Assembly (NCBI GenBank): GCA_963847625.1
Contig: CAWKAR010000028.1
Span: forward strand, 64,001-128,000
Source: a candidate division FCPU426 bacterium
GTDB lineage: Bacteria > Oederibacteriota > Muellerivitia > Muellerivitales > Muellerivitaceae
Direction: 5' to 3'
Length of the DNA: 64,000 nt
Part shown: one piece after another, positions 32,375 through 42,252 of the stretch
How positions within the stretch are numbered: the first letter of the stretch is position 1
Layout: every line of letters starts with the position of its first letter
Program-made: the position numbers and the translations under genes
Notes under the pieces: generated by a model
Seen by the model: only the letters and a program-made list of their open reading frames with translations
Databases searched by the model: none
What the model was told of the DNA's origin: nothing

Positions 32375-32982
32375 GTGGCCGCCCCCTCCAGGAGAAACCA
32401 GATCCCCGCCGCGATTCCAAAGAAACAACCCAGCCGCCTGAAAAAAGGCGTCCGCATCCTTGACGCGATGAAAGGCGCGGGCAGAAGAATGAGGGTCGTG
32501 CCCAGGAAAAGAAAGAGGAAGAAAAGGGTGCCGCCGATGGGGTTGGCTATCGAGGCCGCCTTGGCCAGGCCGGCCGCGAATGGCGCGCACGGATAAAATC
32601 CCAGGACCAAGCCCGTGAGAAAAGGCCAGCCCTTAAGGGGCTTCAAAGAAGCGCCCGGACAGAAACCCGCGGATGTCTTTTTCAAATCCCTCCATGAAAA
32701 AACCAAAAGCAGGATGGCGCCGGTGCAAAGAAGCCCGCCCCTCAGGCCCATGCCGGAGGGTCCCTTCAACAAAAGATTTCCCATTTCCCCCGCCAGGGCT
32801 CCCACAGCCAGGTAGGCTATCAATCGTCCCGATAAGAAAGCCCCGAAAGCCCAGGCCCTTCCCTTGAGGCTCGGGACATCCCCGCCCAGAAGATAGGGCA
32901 CCAGAAAAGGCAGACAGGTGACCAGGCAGGAGCCGCCCATGGCCAATCCCAGGACAAAACCTTCCGCCGATTCCCGGATCAT
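32365..32982 (-). CDS. TauE/SafE- or DsbD_2-like membrane protein
   Basis: GFVLGLAMGGSCLVTCLP, FLSGRLIAY, GLVLGFYPCAP, FLFLGTT; ATG overlaps the stop of the upstream gene. Confidence 0.75.
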   Translation of the reverse strand: MIRESAEGFVLGLAMGGSCLVTCLPFLVPYLLGGDVPSLKGRAWAFGAFLSGRLIAYLAVGALAGEMGNLLLKGPSGMGLRGGLLCTGAILLLVFSWRDLKKTSAGFCPGASLKPLKGWPFLTGLVLGFYPCAPFAAGLAKAASIANPIGGTLFFLFLFLGTTLILLPAPFIASRMRTPFFRRLGCFFGIAAGIWFLLEGAATWF

Positions 32983-34118
32983 TTGATCAACCCCTGGACC
33001 AGGTTGACGACCGCCAGGATTCCCTGGGGCGCGTAAAACAGGGAGAGCGCCCCGCCAAACCCCAGTGAGATAAAATCCATCCAGGCCGATCCTTTTTGAC
33101 CCGCCGTGACGACCGAAATCCCCCCCTTGGGACAAGCCGGTACGCACTTTAGACAAAGCGTGCAGTAGCGGGTGATCTTGGTTTCATAGATGTCTTTCCG
33201 TTTTAAGGCCGTCTGGGAGGATACGGTTTCTTCCACCTTGTTACCCGCTGAGGAGGTTCTCTTTTTTACTGTCTCAATGGCGAAACTGGGGCATTCGGCC
33301 TCGCACAACCCGCAGGAGGTGCAGGAATCTGGGTCGACTTTTACCTGGTAAGGGGACCACTTTTGAACCAGGGGGGTCAGGGCCCCAAAGGGGCATAGGG
33401 TGCTGCAGAAGGTCCTTTTGCGGGTCAGAATCGGCAGGATGACGACGAAAACAGCGGCGACCAGCGCGTAAGCAGCCATTTGCGCGGCATAAATCCTCGA
33501 GGAAGGGTCCAGGATTTCTCCCTGGGTTTTAAAGGGGCAGAGCCAAAGGCAAAACTCGCTTTCCTGCCTCGAAAAAGACATGAAAGCCAGGAACAAAAAC
33601 AAGGCCAGTTGGAATTCGCGGGGCCTGGTCTTTAGGGGCAGGCGCAGGAAAGGTTTTTTTAGGATTCTGGAAAAAGCATCGTCCCAACCGCCGAAAAAAC
33701 ACACGCGGCTGCAGAACCCTCCACCGCAAATAAACAACACGAGAAGCCAAAAGATTCCCAACCCCAGAAACCCGTAACGGCCGTAAGTGCTGTTAAGAAA
33801 GGCTTCCACCTGCTGGTAGCCGATGGACAGGATGTTGCCGGACAAGCTCAAATGGCAGTAAGGCTGTATATCCGTCTTCCCTCCTGCCTGAAAACCTCTC
33901 ATGTGCAAACCGCTAAGAAAGAAAAACGCGAGGGATAGAAAGTAAAAGGTCCGGACTTTTTCAGGCCTGTCGGAACGTTCAAGGCGCCAGTAAAAACAAC
34001 CTAGGACGAAGCACCAGAGAAGGGCGATTATTAAAAAGGGGGCTGAAGCGTGGTAAATCCGGACTCCCAGGGCCGCCCAAAGGAGGAATAAGGCGAAAGG
34101 CCTCCAAGATTGCTTCAT
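32979..34118 (-). CDS. Membrane polyferredoxin, 4Fe-4S binding protein (NapH/MauN/YccM-like)
   Basis: TM helices with GFCSRVCFFG, FCLWLCPF, FCSTLCPFG, and two CxxCxxCxxxCP motifs. Confidence 0.88.
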   Translation of the reverse strand: MKQSWRPFALFLLWAALGVRIYHASAPFLIIALLWCFVLGCFYWRLERSDRPEKVRTFYFLSLAFFFLSGLHMRGFQAGGKTDIQPYCHLSLSGNILSIGYQQVEAFLNSTYGRYGFLGLGIFWLLVLFICGGGFCSRVCFFGGWDDAFSRILKKPFLRLPLKTRPREFQLALFLFLAFMSFSRQESEFCLWLCPFKTQGEILDPSSRIYAAQMAAYALVAAVFVVILPILTRKRTFCSTLCPFGALTPLVQKWSPYQVKVDPDSCTSCGLCEAECPSFAIETVKKRTSSAGNKVEETVSSQTALKRKDIYETKITRYCTLCLKCVPACPKGGISVVTAGQKGSAWMDFISLGFGGALSLFYAPQGILAVVNLVQGLIK

Positions 34119-35635
34119 TTTTCAGGAAATACTTGGGCCGTGAATTTCCAAAGTTCCGCGTCCTTGCGTTTGTAGGCGTTCGAGTCCAGGCCGGCCTTGT
34201 GCCCAAGCTGTTCGAGGTATTCCTTTTTGTCCCACTTCCATTCGACCGGCACCTGGGGGAGGAAGACCCCGGAGTTCCATCCCGCGCGGAGGATCAGCCC
34301 GTCCCGGCCCACCACGATGTCGTCAAGTGAGTTAACCTTAACCAAGGGCGACATCACCGAGATCTCGATTTCGATGCCCTTCAACTCTTCCTTCCGGACG
34401 GGGTTGAAGCGGGGGTCGTGGGCGGCGGCGTTCATGGCGTTGGCAATGACTCCCTGGTAGAGGGGGTCCTGGGGTTGGATGCTTCCGATGCAGCCCCTGA
34501 GCTGGCCTCCCTCGTTGAGGGTCACGAACACTCCCGAGGGTTTTTTCAGGTTCTCCGTCAGGTTGAAATCCCCCAGGTCCTTTTCCGGATACCGGCTCAC
34601 TCCGTCCCGCACGAACTTCTCCAGCACATGGCGGGCGAGCTTTAAAAGCGTCTTTTCCTCCCCCTCCGTCAGGTATTTTTCCTGTTGCAGCATGACGCCC
34701 TCCTTGCGGGACCCCAGCGCGATGGCCGTGTAGCTCACGCTGTTTTCCCAATTGCCAGTGACTTCCCCGCTCGTCGTGTAAGCCAGGAGCTTTCCTTCCG
34801 CCTTCCAACCCATCGCCTTGAACAATTCCAGGACCAGGCGGATGGGGTTGCGGCCGCAAATGGTGGCGCCGGTTCGCTCCACGTATCCGGTGAAACCCTC
34901 CCCGTCGCCCTTGAGGATAAAGTCCGCGGCCCCCATGTCCAGGTCATGGAGTCCTTGTTTCAGTTTCTTCTTGAACTTGGGCAGGTAACCGTAATTCGAG
35001 CCGCAATGGGTGAAATCAGAGCTCACCACGATCGCCGTGGAATCGTCCACGATCAAAGCCAGGGCCTTGGCCGCGTCCTGGTATTCCATCAGGCTCATAT
35101 CCCCCACGATCAGGGGGACCAGCTTGGCCTCCGGAAGTGTTTTTTGCAGGAACGGCACCTCCACCTCGTCGGCGTGCTCCTGGGTGGAGGCGGTTTCGTT
35201 CTTCGTCCAGGTAAAACCGGAAGCCTTGAGTGTCTTAATGGCCGCCTGGTCCAAGGGATAAACCCCCAAAGGTGTTTGGTAGGGAAGCTCGTTTAAAACC
35301 ACCCCCTCGAAGCCGGCGTAATGGCTGGGGGCCAGGAGAATGACGCGTTTAATGATGGGGCTTTCAGCCTGGAGTGCCTTAAAGGAGTAGGCGGCGGTGG
35401 CGCCGCTGAATTCGTAACCGGCATGGGGGGAAATCACGGCTCGCGGCCTTAAATCGGGGGGTATGGATGCCTGATTGAGGGCGCCGTCCAGGAAATTTCC
35501 GAGTTCCTTAGCGTCGGCGGGATAAAACCGGCCCGCTTGGGCCGGAAGCCGGACAGCTTGATTGCCGGAGGATGAACAAGCGGGGACCAACAAGAGAACG
35601 GCAGATATCAGGACGGCGGTCAAAGTTGGTCGCAT
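34115..35635 (-). CDS. amrB: AmmeMemoRadiSam protein B (MEMO) - protein A (AMMECR1) fusion with predicted lipoprotein signal
   Basis: AGRFYP, PHAGYEFSG, PSH, EHADEV..PFLQ, SSDFTH, TICG, VSY (MEMO), then GVFVTL...LRGCIG, DPRF, VFLPQV, KAG (AMMECR1). N-terminus MRPTLTAVLISAVLLLVPAC. Confidence 0.93.
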   Translation of the reverse strand: MRPTLTAVLISAVLLLVPACSSSGNQAVRLPAQAGRFYPADAKELGNFLDGALNQASIPPDLRPRAVISPHAGYEFSGATAAYSFKALQAESPIIKRVILLAPSHYAGFEGVVLNELPYQTPLGVYPLDQAAIKTLKASGFTWTKNETASTQEHADEVEVPFLQKTLPEAKLVPLIVGDMSLMEYQDAAKALALIVDDSTAIVVSSDFTHCGSNYGYLPKFKKKLKQGLHDLDMGAADFILKGDGEGFTGYVERTGATICGRNPIRLVLELFKAMGWKAEGKLLAYTTSGEVTGNWENSVSYTAIALGSRKEGVMLQQEKYLTEGEEKTLLKLARHVLEKFVRDGVSRYPEKDLGDFNLTENLKKPSGVFVTLNEGGQLRGCIGSIQPQDPLYQGVIANAMNAAAHDPRFNPVRKEELKGIEIEISVMSPLVKVNSLDDIVVGRDGLILRAGWNSGVFLPQVPVEWKWDKKEYLEQLGHKAGLDSNAYKRKDAELWKFTAQVFPEK

Positions 35636-35866
35636 CAGCCCACCTCGAGGAAATTGGAATGGAACCGGGTCTATTTTATCAGGCCCGTCTCTCAACAGTA
35701 TGCATGTATTGAAATCTTCAAAACAGCTTTGGATGGGTTGGGAACCGAATCCCCAACCGTGGCGGGAAGTGACGAGTTTGGGCCCCGGATAGCCGTATGA
35801 CGTCCCTCTTTCGGCCTTTTTCCTTAATTTTCAGAGTGTATTTGCTTTTATAATTAATCCTGGCAG

Positions 35867-35899
35867 GCTGAAAAAATCCCAAAACCGGATTTTTTCAGC
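35867..35899. repeat. Perfect 13-bp inverted repeat (hairpin)
   Basis: GCTGAAAAAATCC-N7-GGATTTTTTCAGC. Confidence 0.8.
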
Positions 35900-36027
35900 A
35901 TTTTGTGAGATATTTTATTAGGTGATTATCCCTTTGAAGTCCGTACCCTAAAAAGCTATCATTTTTCCTATGAAAAAGCCCTCAAAGCAGTTTCCTATAT
36001 TGGGCGAAAATTTGAGAAAATTCTACT

Positions 36028-36840
36028 ATGCCAAAAAGTAAAATTCCTGAATTCGATCACTTTGATTTTATTATTAATTCGTCCCTGTTTTGCATTTGGG
36101 GACTTTTTATGAGCCTAGATCATTATGACGGCCAAATCATTATGTGTGTTTTAATTTTGATTGCTGGATACATTTTTACTCTTTGTTATTTCAAAATTTG
36201 GGTTGATTTTAAAAAAAGATGGAAAATATTTCTCACAGCAACTATTGTTTTCGCGGTATTCATTTCTAGTACTGTATTTTTTCAAATAAAAAAAATAAAT
36301 CAAGAATTAGTTAAGCTGGAAAAAAATTCGGTTGATAATTTATCCCTTGAAATGGAAATGGAAAACCCCAAGGATGCAAATACTTCTTGTGTTTCTATTA
36401 TAAATAATGGTGAAAGTGTTCTTTCCAACTATTCAATAGTTTATTTTTTCTTTATTTGTGATTGTAATCGTATTTTTATACAGAATCGCCCAATTAGTAG
36501 GCCTTTTGATGGTGATTTAGATGTTCATAAAGGATTTCGAGATTGTTTTATAAAGGAAATTTTTTCCAAAGAATTTGTAGAAAATCATAAATCTTCTTTA
36601 GGCCATGATATTTATCACGTAGTCAATTCAGGGAAATTTTGTTTTATGGATGTAATGGTTACGTTTGAATATGTTTTAAAAGGCCACAATAAACAATTAA
36701 TGCAAAGCAAAAGATATAAATTGGATTTTGATGGTAAAAAATATTGCTGGAATACTCCTCAGAATGAACCAAAAGAGACGAAACTATATTCTTTGGAAGA
36801 AATGTTACACATCTCGGCAACGCCGTCAAAAAATAGGTGA
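36028..36840 (+). CDS. IS passenger gene: AT-rich hypothetical membrane protein (about 3 N-terminal TM helices)
   Basis: 270-aa ORF inside the TIRs, visibly more AT-rich than the flanks. Confidence 0.7.
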   Translation: MPKSKIPEFDHFDFIINSSLFCIWGLFMSLDHYDGQIIMCVLILIAGYIFTLCYFKIWVDFKKRWKIFLTATIVFAVFISSTVFFQIKKINQELVKLEKNSVDNLSLEMEMENPKDANTSCVSIINNGESVLSNYSIVYFFFICDCNRIFIQNRPISRPFDGDLDVHKGFRDCFIKEIFSKEFVENHKSSLGHDIYHVVNSGKFCFMDVMVTFEYVLKGHNKQLMQSKRYKLDFDGKKYCWNTPQNEPKETKLYSLEEMLHISATPSKNR

Positions 36841-36846
36841 ATAAAT

Positions 36847-37029
36847 ATGTCCATAGGCAAATACATTTCACTTCAAGAAGCTAGGAAACATAAGAAACTA
36901 GACCGCTTTATAAAAGAGCATCCTTCTAAGGGAAATGCCCGACAATTCGAGGATTTACTTGATCGAATGGCTCATAACAAGCCCGTTAAAAAGATGCCAA
37001 AAGGCGGGAAAACATCAGCCAAGGCGTAG
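36847..37029 (+). CDS. Small basic hypothetical protein convergent with the transposase
   Basis: 60-aa ORF with AGGTGA upstream, overlapping the transposase 3' end. Confidence 0.55.
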   Translation: MSIGKYISLQEARKHKKLDRFIKEHPSKGNARQFEDLLDRMAHNKPVKKMPKGGKTSAKA

Positions 37030-37858
37030 AGCGCATATTGTAACGGAATTCAAATTCTCCGAGATACTTCGGAAGATGCTTTTGGGAGACATGAACGTGA
37101 GTACCTTTGATGCTTCTCTTGATGTGGCTCCAAAACCCTTCAGTGGAATTAACATGATGGGTTCCATTGACGTATTGTTTATGCCCGTGATTGCAAACCC
37201 CGTGCTTAAAACCTTCTTGAGGAAGAATGTTGTAGGTTTGGAATTCGTCGGTTTCAACCAAGCTTCCCCTCTTAACGTGTTCTTTAATAATCGGGATGAG
37301 GGTTTCTCTTTTAACATTAGGAACAACGTGCGTCATGACATCCCCACCACGCTCAACCATTCCAAAAACGATAGTCTTACCTTCTGCACCACGCCCACGC
37401 TTGCCGGAATGCTTCCCACCAATAAGGGTTTCATCGGCTTCGACTTGGCCCGAAAGTTCGTCATCCCCATCAACCTTTGCCATATATTTGCGGATTTCAT
37501 GCGCCATTCTCCAAGCGGTTTTATAAGTCAAGGAAAGCTGTCTTTGAAGTTCCTTGGCAGGAACACCATGCCGGGAAGTGGTAAAGAGGTACATAGCGTA
37601 AAACCACTTTTGAAGGGGAGTGTGGGAGTCTTGAAACGGAGTGCCAACCATTGGGTGAATATGATCGCCGCACCATTGACAGCTATAAGCCGGGATGCCT
37701 GTAAGTTTGTGAAACTTGCTTTCCTTCTTACCGCAAGGGCATTGAGTGGGATTTCCAAAACGAATCTGCATAAGGTGTTCCAGGCAGGAATCATCGTCTG
37801 GAAAGGTTTTGAAGAACTCTTGAACCGTCATTATTTTATTCATGGTTTCTACCTCCAT
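36986..37858 (-). CDS. IS1595 family transposase
   Basis: Zn ribbon (CPC...CQWC), [39 protein letters not shown]. Confidence 0.95.
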   Translation of the reverse strand: MEVETMNKIMTVQEFFKTFPDDDSCLEHLMQIRFGNPTQCPCGKKESKFHKLTGIPAYSCQWCGDHIHPMVGTPFQDSHTPLQKWFYAMYLFTTSRHGVPAKELQRQLSLTYKTAWRMAHEIRKYMAKVDGDDELSGQVEADETLIGGKHSGKRGRGAEGKTIVFGMVERGGDVMTHVVPNVKRETLIPIIKEHVKRGSLVETDEFQTYNILPQEGFKHGVCNHGHKQYVNGTHHVNSTEGFWSHIKRSIKGTHVHVSQKHLPKYLGEFEFRYNMRSTPWLMFSRLLASF

Positions 37859-37952
37859 GAATAATAGTATATCAAGTACATACGGATGTCAAGGGGATAA
37901 TCGCCTTTTATTATATCGTTTATATGTTTGGCTGTTGAACGGGGATTTACCT

Positions 37953-39989
37953 ATGCCGATAAATCAAAACCGACACCTCACCAGGTATATTCTTCTTATA
38001 TTTCTAGCCTTTTCAGTAAAACCTTGCTGGGCTTTAACGGCCGGTAACCAGGGTATGGATTTCTGGCTGGCCTTTCCGGACAGCTACAACAACACGATTA
38101 ATGCCACCGCAAAACAATTGTTGGTCACCAGCTTGAACTCGGCTGCCGGAACGGCCCAGATTCCCGGCCTTTCCATTTCCGTTCCCTTTTCGGTGCCGGC
38201 AGGGGGCATGACCGTTGTGACTCTCCCTCTCACCGCCAGTGTCACGCAGCTGGACGGCGTATCCCAACAGGGAATCCATCTGACGGCGACCAATAACGTC
38301 GCGGTTTTCGGTTTGAATTACATTCCCGCCGCCACCGACGGCTACCTGGCCCTTCCCACGGACGCCCTGGGCGTTACTTACATGGTTTCGACATACCAGG
38401 TGGATGACCTCGACACCTCTCCCACCGTCGACAACGGTTATTCCCTCTTCACGATCGTGGGGGCGGTGGACTCCACTTCGGTGACCATCACCCCCTCGGT
38501 GACCGTCGGTTCCAGGACCGCCGGTATCCCTTATGTTATTACTTTGAACTCAGGGGATACTTACCAGCTGGCGGCCACGAATATGGGGGACGACTTGAGC
38601 GGCAGCACGATCGCCTCAAGTAATCCGGTCGCGGTGTACGGGGCCAATGTGGCCGCCTATATGCCAACCAGCGTCTACCAGGCGGCCAACAGCCTGGTGG
38701 AACAACTCTGGCCCCTTTGCGATTGGGGTTTGACTTTTTTCACCGCGCCTTTGGCCACAAGATCGAACGGGGACACGATCAAGATCACGGCCTCCGCGAA
38801 CAACACGAATGTCTTCCTCAACGGCACCCAAGTGGCGGTCCTGAACCAGGGCCAGGTTTACCAGCAGGAAGTAATCGTGGCCTCGCAAATCACATCCAAC
38901 AACCCGATTTACGTGGTGCAGTATTCCAACAGTTCCACCTTTGACAACAACACGAACGCCGACCCCAGCATGATGTCCATTCCGCCCGTAAACGATTTTG
39001 ACACGGGATACCTGGTGGCCGCGCCCGTCACCGGAGGGGCCATTACAACCCCCTTCTCCAGCTACGAGAATATCGTCGCTCCCTCGGCGGTCGTGGGTTC
39101 CATTTACCTGGACGGAACCCTCATTCCCACTACGGTTTTTTCTGCCATCGGCTCCAGCGGTTACTACAGCGCCGTTGTGCCCGTGCCACCCGGCCCCCAT
39201 CAGTTGACCGGGGACGGAGTGACCCGGTTCGGGGTGGTCGCCTATGGTTTCGGCTTATATAACCCCCCCGCCAATCCCGGCTATGACGCCTACAGTTATC
39301 CCGGCGGGCTTGTCCTCTGCTCCAACCTTCCCACTCCGACCCCCACGCCCACGAGGACCCCCACTTCCACGCCGACGGTGACTGTGACCCCGACTATCAC
39401 GCTCACTCCCACGCCTACGAACTCGCCAACCATTACATCGACGTCCACCGCGACGCCGACCCCGACGGACACCCCGACCCCCACGATCACCGACACCCCA
39501 TGCGGATATCCCGGCCTCACCTGCACCCCGACGATCACCTCGACCTCCACCTCCACCCCCACCGGCACTCCAACGCCGACCGTAACCGACACCCCGACAT
39601 TCACTTCCACTCCGGCCTCCACGGACACTTCCACCCCGACTTCCACCTCTTCGGCCACTTCCACCCCAACGAACACTCCGACTGCGACAAACACTCCCAT
39701 CCCCGAATGCTTTTACGTCGACAAGAACGTGTTTCAATCCGGCCAGGCGTCCGTTACCATCACTTTCTGCCTGCCCAATGCGGGTAATTATTCCTTGAGA
39801 ATTTACAACTCGGCCGGGGAGCATATTAAAACCCTGGCCGACGGTTACTTCACGCCCTCCTCCTCCTCCCAGGCCTATCCCTGGGACGGAAAGAACAAGT
39901 ACGGCGATACTTGCGCGAGCGGGGTTTATCTCATTTACCTGGTCACACCCGTCGAGAAAAAACTCGCCCGCGTACTCTGGATGCATTGA
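37953..39989 (+). CDS. Secreted IgGFc-binding-protein N-terminal-like domain protein with Thr/Pro linker and C-terminal FlgD-Ig/T9SS-like domain (subtype B)
   Basis: [37 protein letters not shown]...WG, ADPSM, YSYPGG. Tail [10 protein letters not shown]...WDGKN...CASGVY. Confidence 0.85.
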   Translation: MPINQNRHLTRYILLIFLAFSVKPCWALTAGNQGMDFWLAFPDSYNNTINATAKQLLVTSLNSAAGTAQIPGLSISVPFSVPAGGMTVVTLPLTASVTQLDGVSQQGIHLTATNNVAVFGLNYIPAATDGYLALPTDALGVTYMVSTYQVDDLDTSPTVDNGYSLFTIVGAVDSTSVTITPSVTVGSRTAGIPYVITLNSGDTYQLAATNMGDDLSGSTIASSNPVAVYGANVAAYMPTSVYQAANSLVEQLWPLCDWGLTFFTAPLATRSNGDTIKITASANNTNVFLNGTQVAVLNQGQVYQQEVIVASQITSNNPIYVVQYSNSSTFDNNTNADPSMMSIPPVNDFDTGYLVAAPVTGGAITTPFSSYENIVAPSAVVGSIYLDGTLIPTTVFSAIGSSGYYSAVVPVPPGPHQLTGDGVTRFGVVAYGFGLYNPPANPGYDAYSYPGGLVLCSNLPTPTPTPTRTPTSTPTVTVTPTITLTPTPTNSPTITSTSTATPTPTDTPTPTITDTPCGYPGLTCTPTITSTSTSTPTGTPTPTVTDTPTFTSTPASTDTSTPTSTSSATSTPTNTPTATNTPIPECFYVDKNVFQSGQASVTITFCLPNAGNYSLRIYNSAGEHIKTLADGYFTPSSSSQAYPWDGKNKYGDTCASGVYLIYLVTPVEKKLARVLWMH

Positions 39990-40059
39990 ACCTTTTTTCT
40001 TTTCGTTTTTACCGCCTCACAGCCGAAAATTTTCGTAAATCCAGACTGGAAAGATCATC

Positions 40060-41019
40060 TTGATCCCTCCGGCTATTTTTTTAATCATCCTATGCGTCAC
40101 CCTCGCCCTGATGTTATGGCTGGGAAAACCCAAGGCCCCGCCTCCCAAGGAAAGCATCGTCGGCCCCTTTCAGGACGCCGATTTTTCAGGCCTTCCTCCC
40201 GTGCGGAATTTCCAAGCCCGGGACGGAACCCAGCTGGCCTACCACCATTACCCCGTACAAACCGGGAAAACCCGTGGAACCGTCGTGCTCCTGCACGGCT
40301 CCTCCTCCAGGAGCCATAGCATGCATCCCCTGGCCTCAGGCTTTTCTGCCGCCGGATGGGAAGCCTACGCCTTGGACGTCAGAGGACATGGCGACTCGGG
40401 AACGAGGGGGAAGATTTCTTATATCGGCCAGTTGGAGGATGATCTCCAGGATTTCACCGCCGCGACCCCTTCTCAGGGACCTAAAGTGTTGGTTGGATTT
40501 TCATCGGGCGGGGGTTTCGCCTTGCGGTTTGCCGGAAGCCCCCGGCAAGACCTTTTCGATGGTTATCTATTGCTTTCCCCGTTCCTCCACCAAAGCTCGG
40601 CTGCCTACCGGAAAAACAGCGGGGGCTGGGTCGGTCTCGGCCTTCCCCGCCTGATCGCGCTGATCCTCTTGAACCGTTTTGGATTTAAAGCCCTCAATGA
40701 TCTTCCCGTGCTGGCTTTCGCCTTGCCGGAAAAGGACCTGAAATTCATGACCCCGGAATATTCCTTCGCCCTTTGGTCCAATTTCCGGCCGCACGACGAT
40801 TACCGGAGAGATATCCGCAACACGAAACGCCCCATGGCGGTCCTGGCCGGGGAAGAGGACGAAGTGTTCAAATCTAATATGTTCGCCCAGGAATTCAAAA
40901 ACGCCGAGGGCCACGCCCAAGTCACCCTCGTCCCGAGGCTGAGCCATGTGGGCCTGATCCTTGACCCCAGGGGAATCCAGGCCATCGTCAACTCCCTGGA
41001 CCGTTTTCAAACCTCATAA
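40060..41019 (+). CDS. Alpha/beta hydrolase, N-terminally anchored
   Basis: LLHGSS, DVRGHGDS, GFSSGG nucleophile elbow, EDE, SH. Confidence 0.9.
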   Translation: MIPPAIFLIILCVTLALMLWLGKPKAPPPKESIVGPFQDADFSGLPPVRNFQARDGTQLAYHHYPVQTGKTRGTVVLLHGSSSRSHSMHPLASGFSAAGWEAYALDVRGHGDSGTRGKISYIGQLEDDLQDFTAATPSQGPKVLVGFSSGGGFALRFAGSPRQDLFDGYLLLSPFLHQSSAAYRKNSGGWVGLGLPRLIALILLNRFGFKALNDLPVLAFALPEKDLKFMTPEYSFALWSNFRPHDDYRRDIRNTKRPMAVLAGEEDEVFKSNMFAQEFKNAEGHAQVTLVPRLSHVGLILDPRGIQAIVNSLDRFQTS

Positions 41020-41168
41020 CCACATCAGAATAATCCACGGAAAATCGCATAAAACATCAGCTTAACCCCATCGAAGAAATTCCCTAAAAATAAACTAAAA
41101 AACAAATGGGCTGAAACATTCTTCTTCGGTTGTAAAATATCCCTTCTTAAAACCGCCCTGAGGGAACC

Positions 41169-41969
41169 ATGAAAAAAATCCTTATCATCGCCTTCCTGCT
41201 CGTGCCCGGCTTCGCCTTTTGCGCCGCGGCGGAGGATTATTTTTCCGGCGGATTGGCGATGCTTAAAAAGGGGGATTACGACAAGGCCATCCGTTACTTC
41301 AGCTCTGCTTTGAAAGTGAAGCCCGACTATTGGCAGGCCTATGAATACCTGGGCAAGACCTACTTCTTGGATTCCAACCGCACCGAGGCCCTGGTAGCCA
41401 TGAAAGAAAGCCTCGCGCTCCATCCCGACAATCCCGAACTCAAGAAATTCGTCAAGCGCATCGAGGCATCCAGCCCCTGGCTCCCGGCTGGCTCCACCTC
41501 TCTCCGGGACAAATTGGCGGTTCTTTCCATCATTGTTTCCCTCCTGACCCTGGGTTGGACCCTCTTTTGGACCTACCGGCATCGGTCCCGGTCCGTCGTT
41601 ACTTTCCTGTTGAGACAGCAGAATCTGTCCAATTCCAATTTGGTCACGAGCGTCTTCCTGGATTTCACGCTTTACAACACCGGGAATAAGGCGGTCCAGG
41701 TGGCCGCCTACCGCATCAGGTGGGGCGAGAAAAAGGAATGGGAGAAGTGGACTTTCCTGGAGAACCCCCAGGTCTTGAGCGCGCCAGACCATAAGCAGGT
41801 TCTCCACCTGACCTATACCTCCCCCGGATTGAAGGTCGGCGCGATGGAATTCGGCGATGGCGTGAGGGAAAGGTGGCCCCTGCCCCCCAAACACTTGGCG
41901 GTCATGAACGAAGCCCTGGATATGGTCGGCAAGCCGAGAAGGGACCTGCCGGAAGCTGTGTTAGGTTAA
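41169..41969 (+). CDS. Signal peptide plus TPR plus single-TM membrane protein
   Basis: MKKILII signal, TPR-like helices, central hydrophobic helix. Confidence 0.75.
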   Translation: MKKILIIAFLLVPGFAFCAAAEDYFSGGLAMLKKGDYDKAIRYFSSALKVKPDYWQAYEYLGKTYFLDSNRTEALVAMKESLALHPDNPELKKFVKRIEASSPWLPAGSTSLRDKLAVLSIIVSLLTLGWTLFWTYRHRSRSVVTFLLRQQNLSNSNLVTSVFLDFTLYNTGNKAVQVAAYRIRWGEKKEWEKWTFLENPQVLSAPDHKQVLHLTYTSPGLKVGAMEFGDGVRERWPLPPKHLAVMNEALDMVGKPRRDLPEAVLG

Positions 41970-41987
41970 TAAGTAAGGAGAATGAAT

Positions 41988-42176
41988 ATGGAATGCACTC
42001 AAAAGGCAAACATGAAAAACTGCCCCTGCACTTACGATTGCGAGCGGAGGGGAAAGTGCTGCGACTGCGTCACCTACCACCGCCGCCGGGGTGAGCTTCC
42101 GGGCTGTTTCTTCGACGCCAAGGCTGAAGCCACCCATGACCGGTCCATCGGGAATTTCGTGCGGCTCAATTCTTGA
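41988..42176 (+). CDS. Small Cys-rich protein (DUF6485-like)
   Basis: CPCTYDCERRGKCCDCVTYH...LPGCFF...EATHDRS; TAAGGAG upstream. Confidence 0.8.
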   Translation: MECTQKANMKNCPCTYDCERRGKCCDCVTYHRRRGELPGCFFDAKAEATHDRSIGNFVRLNS

Positions 42177-42252
42177 TGGCGGTATCTCAAGCCTTGTCTT
42201 GAAATGTCATTTCGTTTTATTGAACCCCGTTCACCGGTTGGAACCCCCGTTT

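Larger units (their letters stand above)
35921..37905 (-). mobile_element. Complete IS1595-family element (1985 bp) with passenger genes
   Basis: 25-bp imperfect TIRs: GGTGATTATCCCTTTGAAGTCCGTA vs reverse complement of the right end GGCGATTATCCCCTTGACATCCGTA (21/25). 8-bp direct repeat TTTTATTA at 35913-35920 and 37906-37913. Confidence 0.92.

Noticed and set aside
36935..37864. 309-aa plus-strand ORF
   Set aside because: Antisense to the IS1595 transposase.
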